The notes below the pieces were generated by a model. That model saw only the letters and a list, made by a program, of their open reading frames with translations, was not told where the DNA came from and did not search any database. A stretch of DNA of 46,211 nucleotides, counting the filler, from Catajapyx aquilonaris (Eukaryota), in the NCBI GenBank assembly GCA_000934665.2. It is 2 parts of 2 records of this genome, joined end to end, with 100 filler letters (N's around TTAATTAATTAA, not from the genome) between each part and the next. Parts side by side here need not be neighbours in the genome. Positions count along the whole stretch, not along the records: positions 23,171 to 46,211 come from JYFJ02005765.1; 1 more part is not named here. One strand, 5' to 3'. Positions 26,699-38,536 of this stretch are shown piece after piece. The stretch's first letter is position 1; every line of letters starts with the position of its first letter. A program made the translations under genes and the position numbers.

Positions 26699-29600
26699 AT
26701 GATGCAGGAGAATGGGTGTCCACAAGGCTGCGAGACTGAACCGGCCACGAATAAGCCGGGATATGACGGGATGCCATACTTGGACCTGTGGGAAACCGCT
26801 TGCATCGCCGCCTCGACTGGCGACTTGGACGTGCTGGGGTCCATCCTGGAGGAAGGCATAAACTTGAACCAGATCAGAACGAACGGCAAGACCCTGCTGC
26901 ATGTGGCTGCGTCCGTTGGCCACATGCAGGTTGTAAGACTCCTGCTGCAGCATGGGGCAAACCCTCGGATCCTCAACAACTGGGGGGGCACGCCCAGTAT
27001 GTTGGCACTGTTGCGAGGTCACTACTCGGTTGCACGGCTCCTGCAGAAGAAGGAACTAATGGTGGATCAAATGTCTGACAGTGAGGCCACTGCAGACGAT
27101 TCCAGTGAAGGAGAGGTAAGCCGGACACAGAAAATCATCGCATGAAGTTCACACATGTTTGATCCCGCAGGATGTAACGCCGGACGATGAAGCGTCAGCA
27201 GTTGTGATGTTCCTGCAAGTGTGTAAAGCCGGAATATTGCAGGCGGTGAAGGAAGCCGTGTCCTGTCGTGGTGCTGAGGCGATGCTAAGTAGCGAGAGGA
27301 GCGCACAGATAAAATGCGGACTCCACATGGCTGCAGGGGAAGGAAAGGCTTCCGTCATGATCTACCTTCTGAGCCAGGGTTGGCCGGTGAACTTCTACGA
27401 TGAGAAAGGTGCCACTGCATCGGGATAACATCTGCTCTTTTTAAACGATGTGCTATTCCATAGGTATGACCCCGCTCAGTTATGCGGCCAAAGGCGGTTT
27501 CCTCTGCATGTGCGAGCTGCTTATGGGACGCGGCGCCAAGATTAATTCGAAGGACCAGAACGGAAACGAGCCTCTCCATGCTGCGGTGTTAGCAGGTCAC
27601 TTGGAGATCGTCAGGTCTCTGCTAAAGTCGGGAGCTACTTTGGAGGCCAGAAACACGTTGGGGTTGGTTCCGCTCCATCTGGGAACGTTGCGAGGACATG
27701 TGGAGGTTGTCCGTCTGCTGCTGTCCGAAGGGGCAAATTCCACGGCTAGAAGCTTGGACGGGAAAACTTACATAGACTTAGCCAGAGCCATCGGCGTAGG
27801 ATACACGTTTGAACCGCTGGGAGAGGTACGCCTGATTCGCAGTAAAAGAATTCGACTTAATTGTGTAATTTCACAGGCAGAACGACATGCGTTCATTTAC
27901 GCCTGCCTGCAAGGTAATCTGGCCGAAGTGAAAGAGTGGGTGTGGATGAGGGCTGCGGACGTGGTGCGGACGGTGGATCCGGACAACGGAAGCAGCGCGA
28001 TCCACTTCGCTGCGAGCACCGGACGCTACGAGGTCACCCAGTTCCTGCTGGACCACGGAGCTGCGATCAACCAAACGGACCACGACGGACGGACTCCCTT
28101 GCATTTCGCCGCAATGTCCGGAAACGAGACGATGGTCCGATTCCTCCTGCAGAAGGGAGCGGACCTCAGGATAAGAGCCGCTAACGGCGATACAGCTCAG
28201 TACGTCGCTTTGAGGTGCGGGCACGAGTTGATAGCCATCCTGCTGGAGCTTAAGGAAAGAGAAACGGAGCAGTTGACTCCAAACGAGCTTCAACCGGACA
28301 GCCCTAACGAAGGGGTAATTACCAATTTACATTCAATGTGTAGATTTTTTGTGATTGACCATCCCGTGGGTGACGGATAATCGGAGTTGTGCTGTACCGT
28401 TTGTTGCTCCCGTACAGTCCCGATAATTGTAAATCTGGCAGTGTATGACGTTACATCGTTGATGATAATTTTTCTCCAGGTGACCGATCGCAATCATGTC
28501 TTCTTTGAAGCGTGCAAGGGGAACAAATTGACTGTCGTGAAAGAGTGGGTGTTGGTTCAAGCCGTGGATGCTCTCAGGCTTCGGGATGAGGACGGACGGA
28601 GAGGGATTCATTGGGCTTCGTTAGGTGGAGCCTTCAACGTCGTCCCGTTCCTGCTTGACCTAGGGGAGGACGTGAACTTAACGGATAGAGCGCAGTGGAC
28701 ACCCTTGCACTTTGCTGCGGCTTCCGGAGAGGACACGGTGGTCAGCTTGCTGTTGGTGCGAGGTGCTGACCCGCGGAAGCAGGACATCCGGGGGCACACG
28801 GCGCGAGATGTGGCCGAACTTCGAGGCTACACGTCCATAACGTTGGAGCTAGAACAGAAGGAAAAGGCCATGCCGCCTGCACACGAAGCGCATGATGAAG
28901 ACGAAGAGGTACGTACTTGCGCATTGACATCGTGGGTGTTACATTGCCATGCATTTTCAGGATGAATACAACACGCACCCGTTTCTGCAGTGTTGCTGCG
29001 ATGGACGGCTCGAGGACGTGAAGGACTGGGTGGTCAGGAAGAAGATGGACGTGAATCTGAAGCGGGACAAGAACGGCTGGGGATCGATGCATCTGGCAGC
29101 CTGGGATGGTCACCTGGAGGTCGTCCGCTTCCTGCTGGACCACGGGGCGGACATAGACCTTGTGGGAACATACGACACAACCTCGCTGTACTTGGCCTCA
29201 CTGTTCGGCCATGAACTGGTGGTCAAGCTTCTCCTGTACCGAGGCGCAAATCTGAAGCCAAACCACAGTTTGGGCGACTCGCCAAGACACGCGGCTGAGA
29301 TGGAAGGGCACTGGACAATCGTGCGGCTTCTGCAGCAGAAGGAGAAGGAATTGGCGAACCGGCCCAGGAAGCTGAACAAGCCCATCAAGCGGGAAGTCAC
29401 GACTAAGCTGATGGTAAGGATTGATGTACGCACTGTACGTTACCTAATCGACGGTCTTTGCAGCCGTCACTGAACGACATCAAGTCGGAATCGTCCCTGA
29501 AAGACCTGAACTGCCTCCAGCTGCGGTTCCTCCTGCGGAACCAAGGCGTGCGGTTCAGCAAGGCCTGCAAGAAGTTGGATCTCCAGGAGAAGGCGGCCGT

Positions 29601-29853
29601 GCTTCTGCGGGCCAAGCAGGCTGGGACGCTCCCGCCCAGCGTCCCCAGCATCCCGCCCAAGACCAAGTCTCCTGGACCACCGCCTGCGTCGTCACCCGAG
29701 GGGTCATGCAGGGTTTGTAAGAAATCGCAGATGGACTGCATCTTGCTCGATTGCGGCCATTTGGTCGCATGCTTCACGTGCGGACAAGCATTGAGCGTAT
29801 GTCCCTGCTGCGCCAAACCAGTCGTGAAAGCCGTGAAGATTCTGAAGGCCTAA
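26699..29853 (+). CDS. Multi-module ankyrin-repeat protein with C-terminal HeH/SAP-like domain and C3HC4 RING (putative E3 ligase; 908 aa, 940 aa with upstream exon)
   Basis: Exons 26699-27115, 27171-27408, 27464-27825, 27877-28314, 28480-28908, 28961-29413, 29464-29853; GT-AG introns mostly 50-55 nt; continuous frame. Many G-x-T-P-L-H-x-A-A motifs; RING C-x2-C-x11-C-x-H-x3-C-x2-C-x6-C-x2-C. Confidence 0.9.
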
Positions 29854-30735
29854 CGAGCGTGATAACAGTGCAAGGAAGCAGCAGTAATTAGCGGTAATGT
29901 GTGAAACCGAGCTTTGGAGTTCAGAACCAGGCACAAACTGTAATTGTCCCAAAATGTAATTAGCGAAAGTGCGAAAATCAACATGCAATTTGCGCGGTTT
30001 CGCAATGCTTAGACATATTTGGCGTTGTCACGAATAAGCGGTAATAATATGTGAAACCGAGCTCTGGAGTTTGTGTCTCAAATCGAAGCACTTTAATTAG
30101 CCAACTACAAGCTGAATTGTCACCAAAATGTAATTAGCAAAAGTGCGGAACTCAATGTGCAATAATTCTGAAACTGCAAAGCTTGGCATCGCAATGTTTA
30201 AACGTATTTGACGTCACGTATTCGACTCGCAAACTTGTGCGTCGATTCATAAGTTATGGAAAGTTAAATTATTTTTTTTGAGCCTATAAGTTACATTTAA
30301 AAAATTTTTAAATATTCACATGATGTATCGGACGTTAACAAGTTCCCAAGATATGCTGCGACACTCAGGGATTTAAAAGTCTGAATCGTTGTTGTACCTG
30401 CTTTAAGACTGAAAGTCATGTGATTTTTACTGTTAGTTTAGTACAATTTTTTAAAAAAAGTATTAATGCTCAAAATATTTGTTTGATACTTGTTGCAGTT
30501 AATAGGATGTAAGTGCAAATCTGGTTTTGTGTATGTGACACATGTTCGTTACAAGTATGATTGTCCGTTTGTTCTTCGTGACACAAATCTCGCAAGACTC
30601 GCTACATTCCATAAGAGCCAAACGTTGAAAAAAAATGTACTGTGATAATATTTTATTATTAATATTTAAGTGAGTACATGTCTTTTTGTGTGTTACTGTG
30701 AGTTAATTTTCATTTCAAGCAAAACTTGTTGCAGG

Positions 30736-30741
30736 AATAAA
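30736..30741 (+). terminator. Candidate polyadenylation signal for the ankyrin-RING gene
   Basis: AATAAA ~880 nt after the stop, just before the satellite. Confidence 0.35.
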
Positions 30742-30867
30742 TGCCATTTGGCAAGCTCCTGCTTGAAAACTGCATTTTGAATAGATCGTCGATCCGTACT
30801 CGCTAACGCAACAACAAATTGGGGGAAACTTTTTTTCAACTACTCGGCCAACTAATTTTGAGTCGAC

Positions 30868-31515
30868 GAAAATATTAAACGTGCAGATTTGAGTCGTTCA
30901 AAAATTAAACACGCAGATTCGAGTCATGCAAAAATTAAATGTGCGGATTTATGTTGTACAAAAATTAAACGTGCCAATTTATGTCGTTCAAAAATTAAAC
31001 ACGCAGATTCGAGTCATGCAAAAATTAAATGTGCGGATTTATGTCGTACAAAAATTAAACATGTGTAAATTTGAGTCGTACAAAAATTAAACGTGCAGAT
31101 TTGAGTCGTGCAAAAATTAAGCATGTGTAGATTTGAGTCGTTCAAAAATTAAACGTGCCGATTTGAGTCGTACAAAAATTAAGCATGTGTAAATTTGAGT
31201 CGTACAAAAATTAAACGTGCAGATTTGAGTCGTGCAAAAATTAAGCATGTGTAGATTTGAGTCGTTCAAAAATTAAACGTGTAGATTCAAGTCGTGCAAA
31301 AATTAAACGTGCCGATTTATGTCGTTCAAAAATTAAAGACGCAGATTTGAGTCGTTCAAAAATTAAACGTGTAGATTCGAGTCGTACAAATATTAAACAT
31401 GTAGATTTGAGTCATACAAAAATTAAACTTGTGGAAATTTGAGTCGTACAACAATTAAGTGCGTGTAAATTTGAGTCGTACAACTATTAAGCACGTGTAA
31501 ATTTGAGTCGTACAA
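30868..31515. repeat. 30-32 bp tandem minisatellite (~21 units)
   Basis: Consensus AAAATTAAACGTGCAGATTTGAGTCGT(T/A)CA repeated head-to-tail with no unique spacers. Confidence 0.95.
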
Positions 31516-32008
31516 CCAGCCCTTAATTAAACATGAATATGAACATGGCAATTAACCATGCCCATCAAAAACTGTGAAAGGAATGTCTAATGGCAGTAAT
31601 TAGAAAGCGTACTGACAGCACACGGAATCCCTCAGATTTATTTCCAAAGAGACGGAGGACCATTTTTTCGGGTAGGATCCAACAGTTCCCAAGTAATTGA
31701 AGGCACACCACACGGAAGACCATCCTGCAGTGATGCGTCGCTGTACATTCCATCGATAAATAACCATTGCTACGAGTCGGATAAATCTCCACATTCATCC
31801 GCAGGAGGGTGAAAAAAGACATTTACAATCCCATGGTGATCGAAAAGTACATTTCAGCCCGAAAGTACAACTATGTAAAAAATTTGCATTGCAAACCTGT
31901 CTATTTTACCTTGCGGACTTAAGTGTGCCTGACAAGCTAAAATGGACAGGTCCAATACGATCATTTCATAGTTGCGGTGTACGCAAGTCCTTTGCAGTCA
32001 GTTGCACA

Positions 32009-34357
32009 TCACTTCTTTGTCGTTCCAAATCCGGAGAAGCCCATGATCGCAGCCATTTCCATGTCCGGATCGCCACTACCTTCGCCTTCTTGGAGCTTCC
32101 GCTTCTTCTCTTTGCGCTTTTCCTTCCTGTACTCCTTCATCTTTTCCTCCTCCTCCTTCAGCTCCTTAACGCGCTGCTCGATGTCGTACTCTTTGTGCTT
32201 TTCCTCCATTTTCCGCTTGTTGGAGTCGAACCTCTTCCGCACCTGCAAACCCAATTCATTAGTACAGCTTCTTGTAAATTAATTGAGGGAATTCTAGACG
32301 AGGGGAAATGGTTCCCGACTCATTCACAGTATATTGCATGAATGTGCAAATATATGTTATTTGTAAAAGGATCTCTTCCGAGATTGATTCTGCAGTGTTC
32401 ATCAATAATTTTTATTCAAGGTTGTTCCTGATAATTATTAGATGAAAAAGTGAAACTCAATTTAAAAATGACTGTCCCCCAAGGAGGGAAAAACCGGACT
32501 CAAAATGTCGAGAATTTGCAAAAAAGATTTTGCACTTGAAATGGCCAAAGCTAAAAAGATTCCGGAATTTTAATATTAATTTTTCAGACACTAGTTGATT
32601 CTGGCCAATTTTTTGAGTCATTTGTCATAAATGGCAGTTGCACACTGTGGCAACACTGCAAATGGCGGGTATTACAATGTGCAATTGCCTGCAGTTAAAA
32701 TTTCAATAAAAATTATATTTCTTGAACTACAAACTCAAAAAATTCGCCATCATCAATACATCTGAAAAAATTAATATTTAAAAATAATTCCAGAAGCTTT
32801 TTTAGTCCCAGCGGCGACCATTTCAAGTGCAAAATAATTGCAAATTCTCGACTTTGGAGTCCAGGTTTTCACTACTCGGGGGGGACAGGCATTTTTAAAC
32901 TACGTTTCACTTTTTCATCTAATATTATGCGGAACAACTTCCAATAAAAATTATTGCAGAACACTGCAAAATCAATCCTGAGAAGGAATCCTTTAAAAGT
33001 TTTTAGGCCGCGTTTACATGCAAGCGATATGATCAGCAATGTGCAGCGATCATCGTTGAACAAATTGAAATTAATGGTTTGGGAATAATATTAGTTTCAT
33101 TGTTTTTTAAACCCTAGAACTGTGACATAGGGTCTTTTAGGACCGCATCCATATTTTAATTTTTATTAATTAATACTTTTTCAATGTATTGACTATATGC
33201 AATCATTCTTTGAACAATGCCTAAAGTGATCGCTAATTCAAAATAAACATGCACTTCCTGTTATATACTTTTTGTTAAATGGCAAAAAGTTAATTGTAAT
33301 TATTTTAATTCCTTTGGGGTACTAAAAGACTCCACGTCATGGTTCCAGGGTTAAATAAATTCATTTCGGGACTTCTAGACAAGTAAAATTGTTCCCGGTG
33401 CATTCATTTTGAATGAACCTGTAAATGTGTCTTGTTATTATTTGTAAAATGTGCTGTCATTTGGGCTGGATTCATCAAAGTAATGTCGTAAGTCATATTT
33501 TCTTCATGACCGGTTACGACAACACTAATCGCGGGCTGAGAATCATCTTCGGTTGTCTCCACTTTTCAACGAAATCGAGCCAACAGCGGATTGACATTGG
33601 ATGCGTTATGTTCGTTCATATCCACCCAATGTAGGTTGTAATAACGGCATCATAAACCTTCTGAGAGTTGGAAACAGTTTCGTTCAAGTCCATAAGTGAC
33701 CAGAATTATTCAGTTCTGAATATGTAAATGACTCTCCTGAAAAAAAATTAAAAAGTGGAGTTAACCAAAGATGATTCTCAGCCCGCGACTTGATGGATCC
33801 ACCCCAGAGTATGTGTAAGTGGAAATGATGGCGATGGGTCACCTGGTCCAGGCTGGACCGCTCGATCCTCATGGACATCCCGAGGTTCCGCTGGTGCTTC
33901 TTCCCGTTGATGTGGTCCAGGAAGTTGATGGAATCCTTCACCACGCAGTCGCAGACGTTGCAGTAGTACCCGCCCGTCTGGGAAGTGGGCGTGTTCTTTG
34001 TGATAACCAGGCTCTTCCCCAGCTTGGAGTCCAGGTCGACCCTGTATTCCCTCTGGCGCAGAAGCTCCCTCTTGACCGGAGGCTGCTTCTGCTTCCCTTT
34101 CTCCTGGGCCTCCAGCTCCGCCCTGATGCGGTCGGCCGCCATGGCCTCGTACTCCTCCGCATCCCACTTGCGACGGTGGTCATCCGGACGCTGCCCCTGC
34201 AACACAATTCAACAAAGTCATACCACAAAAATGATCTGCACATTCCATAATTAAGACCTTGCACTGCACGGAAACCGTTCCAATCATGCGCATCACACAA
34301 TGCACCTCCGCACACCCTTCCTTCAACCCCAGTTATACTCACACTTGTACCCGCCAT
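32009..34357 (-). CDS. ZMAT2: Zinc finger matrin-type protein 2 (Snu23 homolog, spliceosomal B-complex), 200 aa
   Basis: Exons 34357-34343 (MAGTS|gtgagt), 34196-33843, 32242-32009. Diagnostic [42 protein letters not shown] and [11 protein letters not shown]. Confidence 0.97.
32368..32992. mobile_element. Foldback MITE with ~250-bp imperfect inverted arms (AGG..CCT termini, Kolobok-like)
   Basis: Left arm aaggatctcttccgagattgattctgcagtgttc..ttagatgaaaaagtgaaac is the reverse complement of right arm gtttcactttttcatctaa..gaacactgcaaaatcaatc..ggaatcctt; right end followed by TTAA. Superfamily is inferred. Confidence 0.75.
33112..33350. mobile_element. piggyBac-like MITE (empty copy)
   Basis: CCCTAGAAC..GTTCCAGGG ends with TTAA flanks, subterminal GGGTCTTTTAGGACC / GGGGTACTAAAAGAC; homologous to 37964-38709. 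Confidence 0.8.
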
Positions 34358-35019
34358 CCCTCCGGTCCTTTCGGCAACACCAGTCGACCCTAATTAATGC
34401 CCTAATTAACCCTAATTAACTCCAAAACTTAAAATCTTCCTGGAACGAAGCAGCTCCAGGTGATTGGCTCTCCAGGGTTGCCAATCCGCAAGCCGATGCC
34501 GCCAGGGTAGCCAACCGACACGGATTGGGGGGGCCGTTCATAGCGCAGCGGTTATATGTAGCTCTTAATATTCGTTCCCGCCTGGAATTCAAAAAAAAAT
34601 TAATTGTGATTTTTTTATTAATTGCTTTTATGTTAATTGCACTTTTCTTTTTCGTGTTAGAACCGGTTCTTAGCACGGCCTGTTTCGCATGGGGCTGTTG
34701 ATGGCCGTGGCAACCGGTTGCCGTGGCACCCCTAACGTGGACAAACAAACATTTTTTTTTCGCCTGAATTATTTTATACATCCTGTAAAATTGAGAAGTA
34801 CAAAGGGTATAAAAATGATGTAAAAACTGATTATACATTAGTGCACAGTGGGTATAAAAATTGGGATAAATCGATGTGAATGGGACCTGAAATCGATGTG
34901 AAAGCTGCGTACAAATTGGTATAAAATATTCGTGTACAATAATAATTGGTATGAATTTTTTTGTGTACCGTGGCCACAAATTGATGTGAAAAATGGGTAT
35001 AAATCGGTATAAAATAAGT

Positions 35020-35710
35020 GTGCATTAGGTATGAAATTGGTATAAATTGATGGTAAATTAAATCTGGTATGATATTGGTATGAATTGATGTTAAATGAAA
35101 TTAAATCTGGTATGAAATTGGTATAAATTGATGTTAAATTAAATCTGGTATAATATTGGTATGAATTGATGTTAAATTAAATTAATTCGGGTATAAAATT
35201 GGTATAAATTTATGTTAAATTAAATCTGGTATGAAATTGGTATAAATTTATGTTAAATTAAATCTGGTATGAAATTGGTATAAATTGACGTTAAATTAAA
35301 TTAAATCTGGTATGATATTGGTATGAATTGATGTTAAATTAAATTAATTCTGGTATAAAATTGGTATAAATTGATGTTAAATTAAATCTGGTATGAAATT
35401 GGTATAAATTGACGTTAAATTAAATCTGGTATGAAATTGGTATAAATTGACGTTAAATTAAATCTGGTATGAAATTGGTATAAATTGACGTTAAAATTAA
35501 ATCTGGTATGAAATTGGTATAAATTGAAGTTAAATTAAATTAAATCTGGCATGAAATTGGTATAAATTGATGTTAAATTAAATTAAATCTGGTATAAAAT
35601 TGGTACCAATTCATCTAAAAAATTGGGTATAAATGGGTATGAAATTAGTGTACATTAGGTATGAAATTGATGTCAAATTAAATTTGGTATAAAATGGTAT
35701 GAAATTAGTG
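35020..35710. repeat. 38-43 bp tandem minisatellite with degenerate flanks
   Basis: Unit AAATTAAATCTGGTATGAAATTGGTATAAATTGA(T/C)GTT repeated tandemly. Confidence 0.95.
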
Positions 35711-36119
35711 TACAATGGGCATAAAATGTTCTAATTTGGTGTAAAATTGATGATAAATGGGTATAAAATAGGAAAAAAAAAATACCTACATACCGGTACT
35801 GGATATAAATGAAATGGGTATAAAACGTGCGAACAAACTTCACCTTTTTTATAATATTATACACTCTGTGTCAGTCTCGCAATGATGTGGCGCTACTGCT
35901 CCGGTAGGTTGCGAATGAAATGGGGGGAGCAAATGAGATGACGATGAGCTTGAGCGAGCAAAAGATCTTTATTTGAATGCCACCCCAGAACAAACTGTGG
36001 GGAATAATCTCGGCAAGGTGTTTCATACAATACCCAACATGGGTTGTAGAAAAGGTAGGAATGAAAAAAATAATTTTACTGGTCAGCAACAATGAACAGG
36101 CATATCAATATTGAAAGAG

Positions 36120-36855
36120 TCACCCTTCCAGTGTGCCTAGCTCCTCCTCGAGCTCTCCAATCAGCCGGTCAAGGTCCTGCTCTTCCATGTCCAGGTCAGC
36201 CAGCCGCTCTAGGGTTTCCAAGGCCCCCGCAACATTCCTCGCGCTTTCTCGGCATTCCTTGGCTTCCTCTCGGCCCTTGCTGACAATGGAGTTCGGGTTG
36301 GTGATGATGACGGGACCTGCACCAGCGCCTGACTTAGCCATTTCCATGGCGGACTTCACATGTGGCGGGATATTCGCATGGTAAGTAGCCGATGTCTGTG
36401 TAAAAGGGGAAGTGAAGGTAAGCTTTACGGTGCAAGGGCAAGCCAGCTCGTACCAATATTTCCATCTCCTTCTTCTGCGTCTCTTTCATGTATGCTGACA
36501 GGTGGCGATGAAACGACTTGCGCATGGCCACCGTCATCCTCAGGTTCTGCTCGCACGCGTCTTCCAGCTGAGCTGAAAGGGATGAGACCAGTCCTAATTA
36601 ACGCACCGTCCTACTGCGAATAAGAATGCCCTAAGCACCTTCAAGAGTGGTGAATTCTGAAGGCGTCTCATCCTCCTCCTTGTCTGCCGCATCTCCTTCC
36701 TCTGGGGGCTTATCCGGCGCCATCAAGGCATAATCAACGTGCTGCATAAATGTCTGAAAAATGCAAAATATCATTATCATAACTATTGACGTACAGTTGA
36801 ATCCGGATGTAACAGCCTCGGTTATAACGGACTTTCGGTTATGGGTCAATAGTGA

Positions 36856-36928
<73 letters not shown>

Positions 36929-37114
36929 GAGGTGCTTTGTGGTGGTGATGCAAACCCTTTGCCATCGGTCGACTGTGTCTTGAGCTTCTTCTTCTTCGAC
37001 CCCATGAGTTTCGATGAGGAGATTGAGCATAGCGGGCCCGATCTGTTGGAACATCTTGAGGCTGACGTCCCTGGGGTTGCGGGGCTTGGGTGGGTCGCTT
37101 GCTGCGGAGGCCAT
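36120..37114 (-). CDS. NSL1: Kinetochore MIS12-complex subunit NSL1-like protein, 222 aa
   Basis: Exons 37114-36956, 36753-36639, 36572-36454, 36395-36120 (GT-AG, phases 0,1,0). The gene model is solid. Identity rests on recalled colinear similarity to vertebrate NSL1 (WQRTF, LED..RK, EIL, KG..AKE blocks). Confidence 0.6.
36857..36928. repeat. (ATT)n microsatellite in intron 1 of the NSL1-like gene
   Basis: Pure ATT run; source of the spurious poly-I and poly-N ORFs. Confidence 0.95.
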
Positions 37115-38073
37115 CGAGCAAGAAACTGGAAACAGAATAATAAAAAAACCCGTCGAACTGTCGCTCGAAATTGGAAGAAAAAAATGGAAGGAATAATAAT
37201 TTAAAGAGCGAATGAAATGGTGCCTCTCCGGATAGGACAGAAAATCGCAGAGCAGTTTGAAAAAGGTAGCCGCTACTTTTCTGAAATAGCTTTGCACATG
37301 CTGAATCTTCAGCTGCATCTCAACAATCGATTTTCAAATTTTCAAACGCTCTTTATATTTAAGTTAATAACAATTCCAATACGTACGTGCATAGTAAAAT
37401 GTAGTGTACACATTTAAAAGAGCAATCGCTACTTAAAAAAGAGCTGTTAACACATTTTAAAAAAAAGAGCAGGAGCAGGAACGTGGGGAGAAGCCAATTC
37501 GTCGGGAGAGGAGAGAAGCCATTTCGTCGGGACAGGAGAGAAGCCATTTCGGCATTGCCCTCATGGCGGATGGGCCTCATGAACTGTCATTTTAAAACAT
37601 TTTTTGTTGAGGCTTCTGGCTTTGATCCTGAAGGACCCAACGGGTGCCACCCGGTTCCCCCCTCGCTCTCTGCTTGAATTGAGTCCACAACTAGGCTGCA
37701 CAAAAAGGAAAAAGATGGGGTTGTTAGCAGCTACGAAGGGAAACTGATTTTTTACGTCAGGTTTGCATGTGATCATCACTATATAACATGTTGCAGTATC
37801 ATAATGCTTAGAGCCTATAAAGACATTCGCAATGTAAATAAGATGTAATAATGAGTGTCTAAGTAATCACATTATTCAAGCAATTCAGTTAGCTGTACCA
37901 TAATTACCCTTAACCGCCAACGTGGGGTCTTTTTGGACTCCACAATAATACCATCGCAATTAACCCTGGAACCGTCCCGTGCCTGAAAGTTACGTTAACC
38001 GTGCCGTGGGGTCTTTTAGGACCCTACGCCATTAATTTTTATTAATTTAATACTTTTCAATGTATTGACTATA

Positions 38074-38536
38074 TCGTCGGCCGGCGATCAAAACCTCGTA
38101 ACTCCTCAAGACCAAATTTTACAGGAGGGACAAAAAAACATTTTGTAAAATCATGTTTTCTGTTCATGCTGACAATTATTCCTACAGTATAGCATAACGT
38201 AAACCTTACCTTTCCTGAGGATGATGTTGAATTCATGTACTATAGGACGCAAAAACAATGTCCGGGGAGAGTCTTCGTTCAGCCTGGTGGAGGCAAACCA
38301 TTGCACCTGGGTAGCTAAGGGAGGAGGGAAAAAACTCAGCAGATAAGCACGGACGTACACACAAGTGTGTGTGTACACATCTGTGCAATGGTTTGCCTCC
38401 ACCAGGCTGAACGAAGACTCTCCCCGGACATTGTTTTTGCGTCCTATAGTACACCGTTGCAAAGTTGTGCAAAGGGACTTACGAGGTCCACTTTCGCGCA
38501 AAATGGAGTTACGAGGTTTTGATCGCCGGCCGACAA
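38074..38536. mobile_element. TA-targeting MITE nested in the piggyBac-like MITE
   Basis: ~32-bp TIRs TCGTCGGCCGGCGATCAAAACCTCGTAACTCC / GGAGTTACGAGGTTTTGATCGCCGGCCGACAA; TA duplicated relative to the empty site gacta-TA-tgcaatc at ~33195. Confidence 0.88.
38236..38453. mobile_element. Innermost element with perfect 71-bp inverted arms
   Basis: 38236-38306 is the exact reverse complement of 38383-38453. Confidence 0.8.

Noticed and set aside
30868..31515. CRISPR-like array
   Set aside because: Head-to-tail tandem units without unique spacers, no cas genes, eukaryotic context.
35020..35710. CRISPR-like array
   Set aside because: Simple minisatellite with no spacers.
36761..37318. Poly-Ile and poly-Asn proteins
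   Set aside because: Read-through of an intronic (ATT)n microsatellite.
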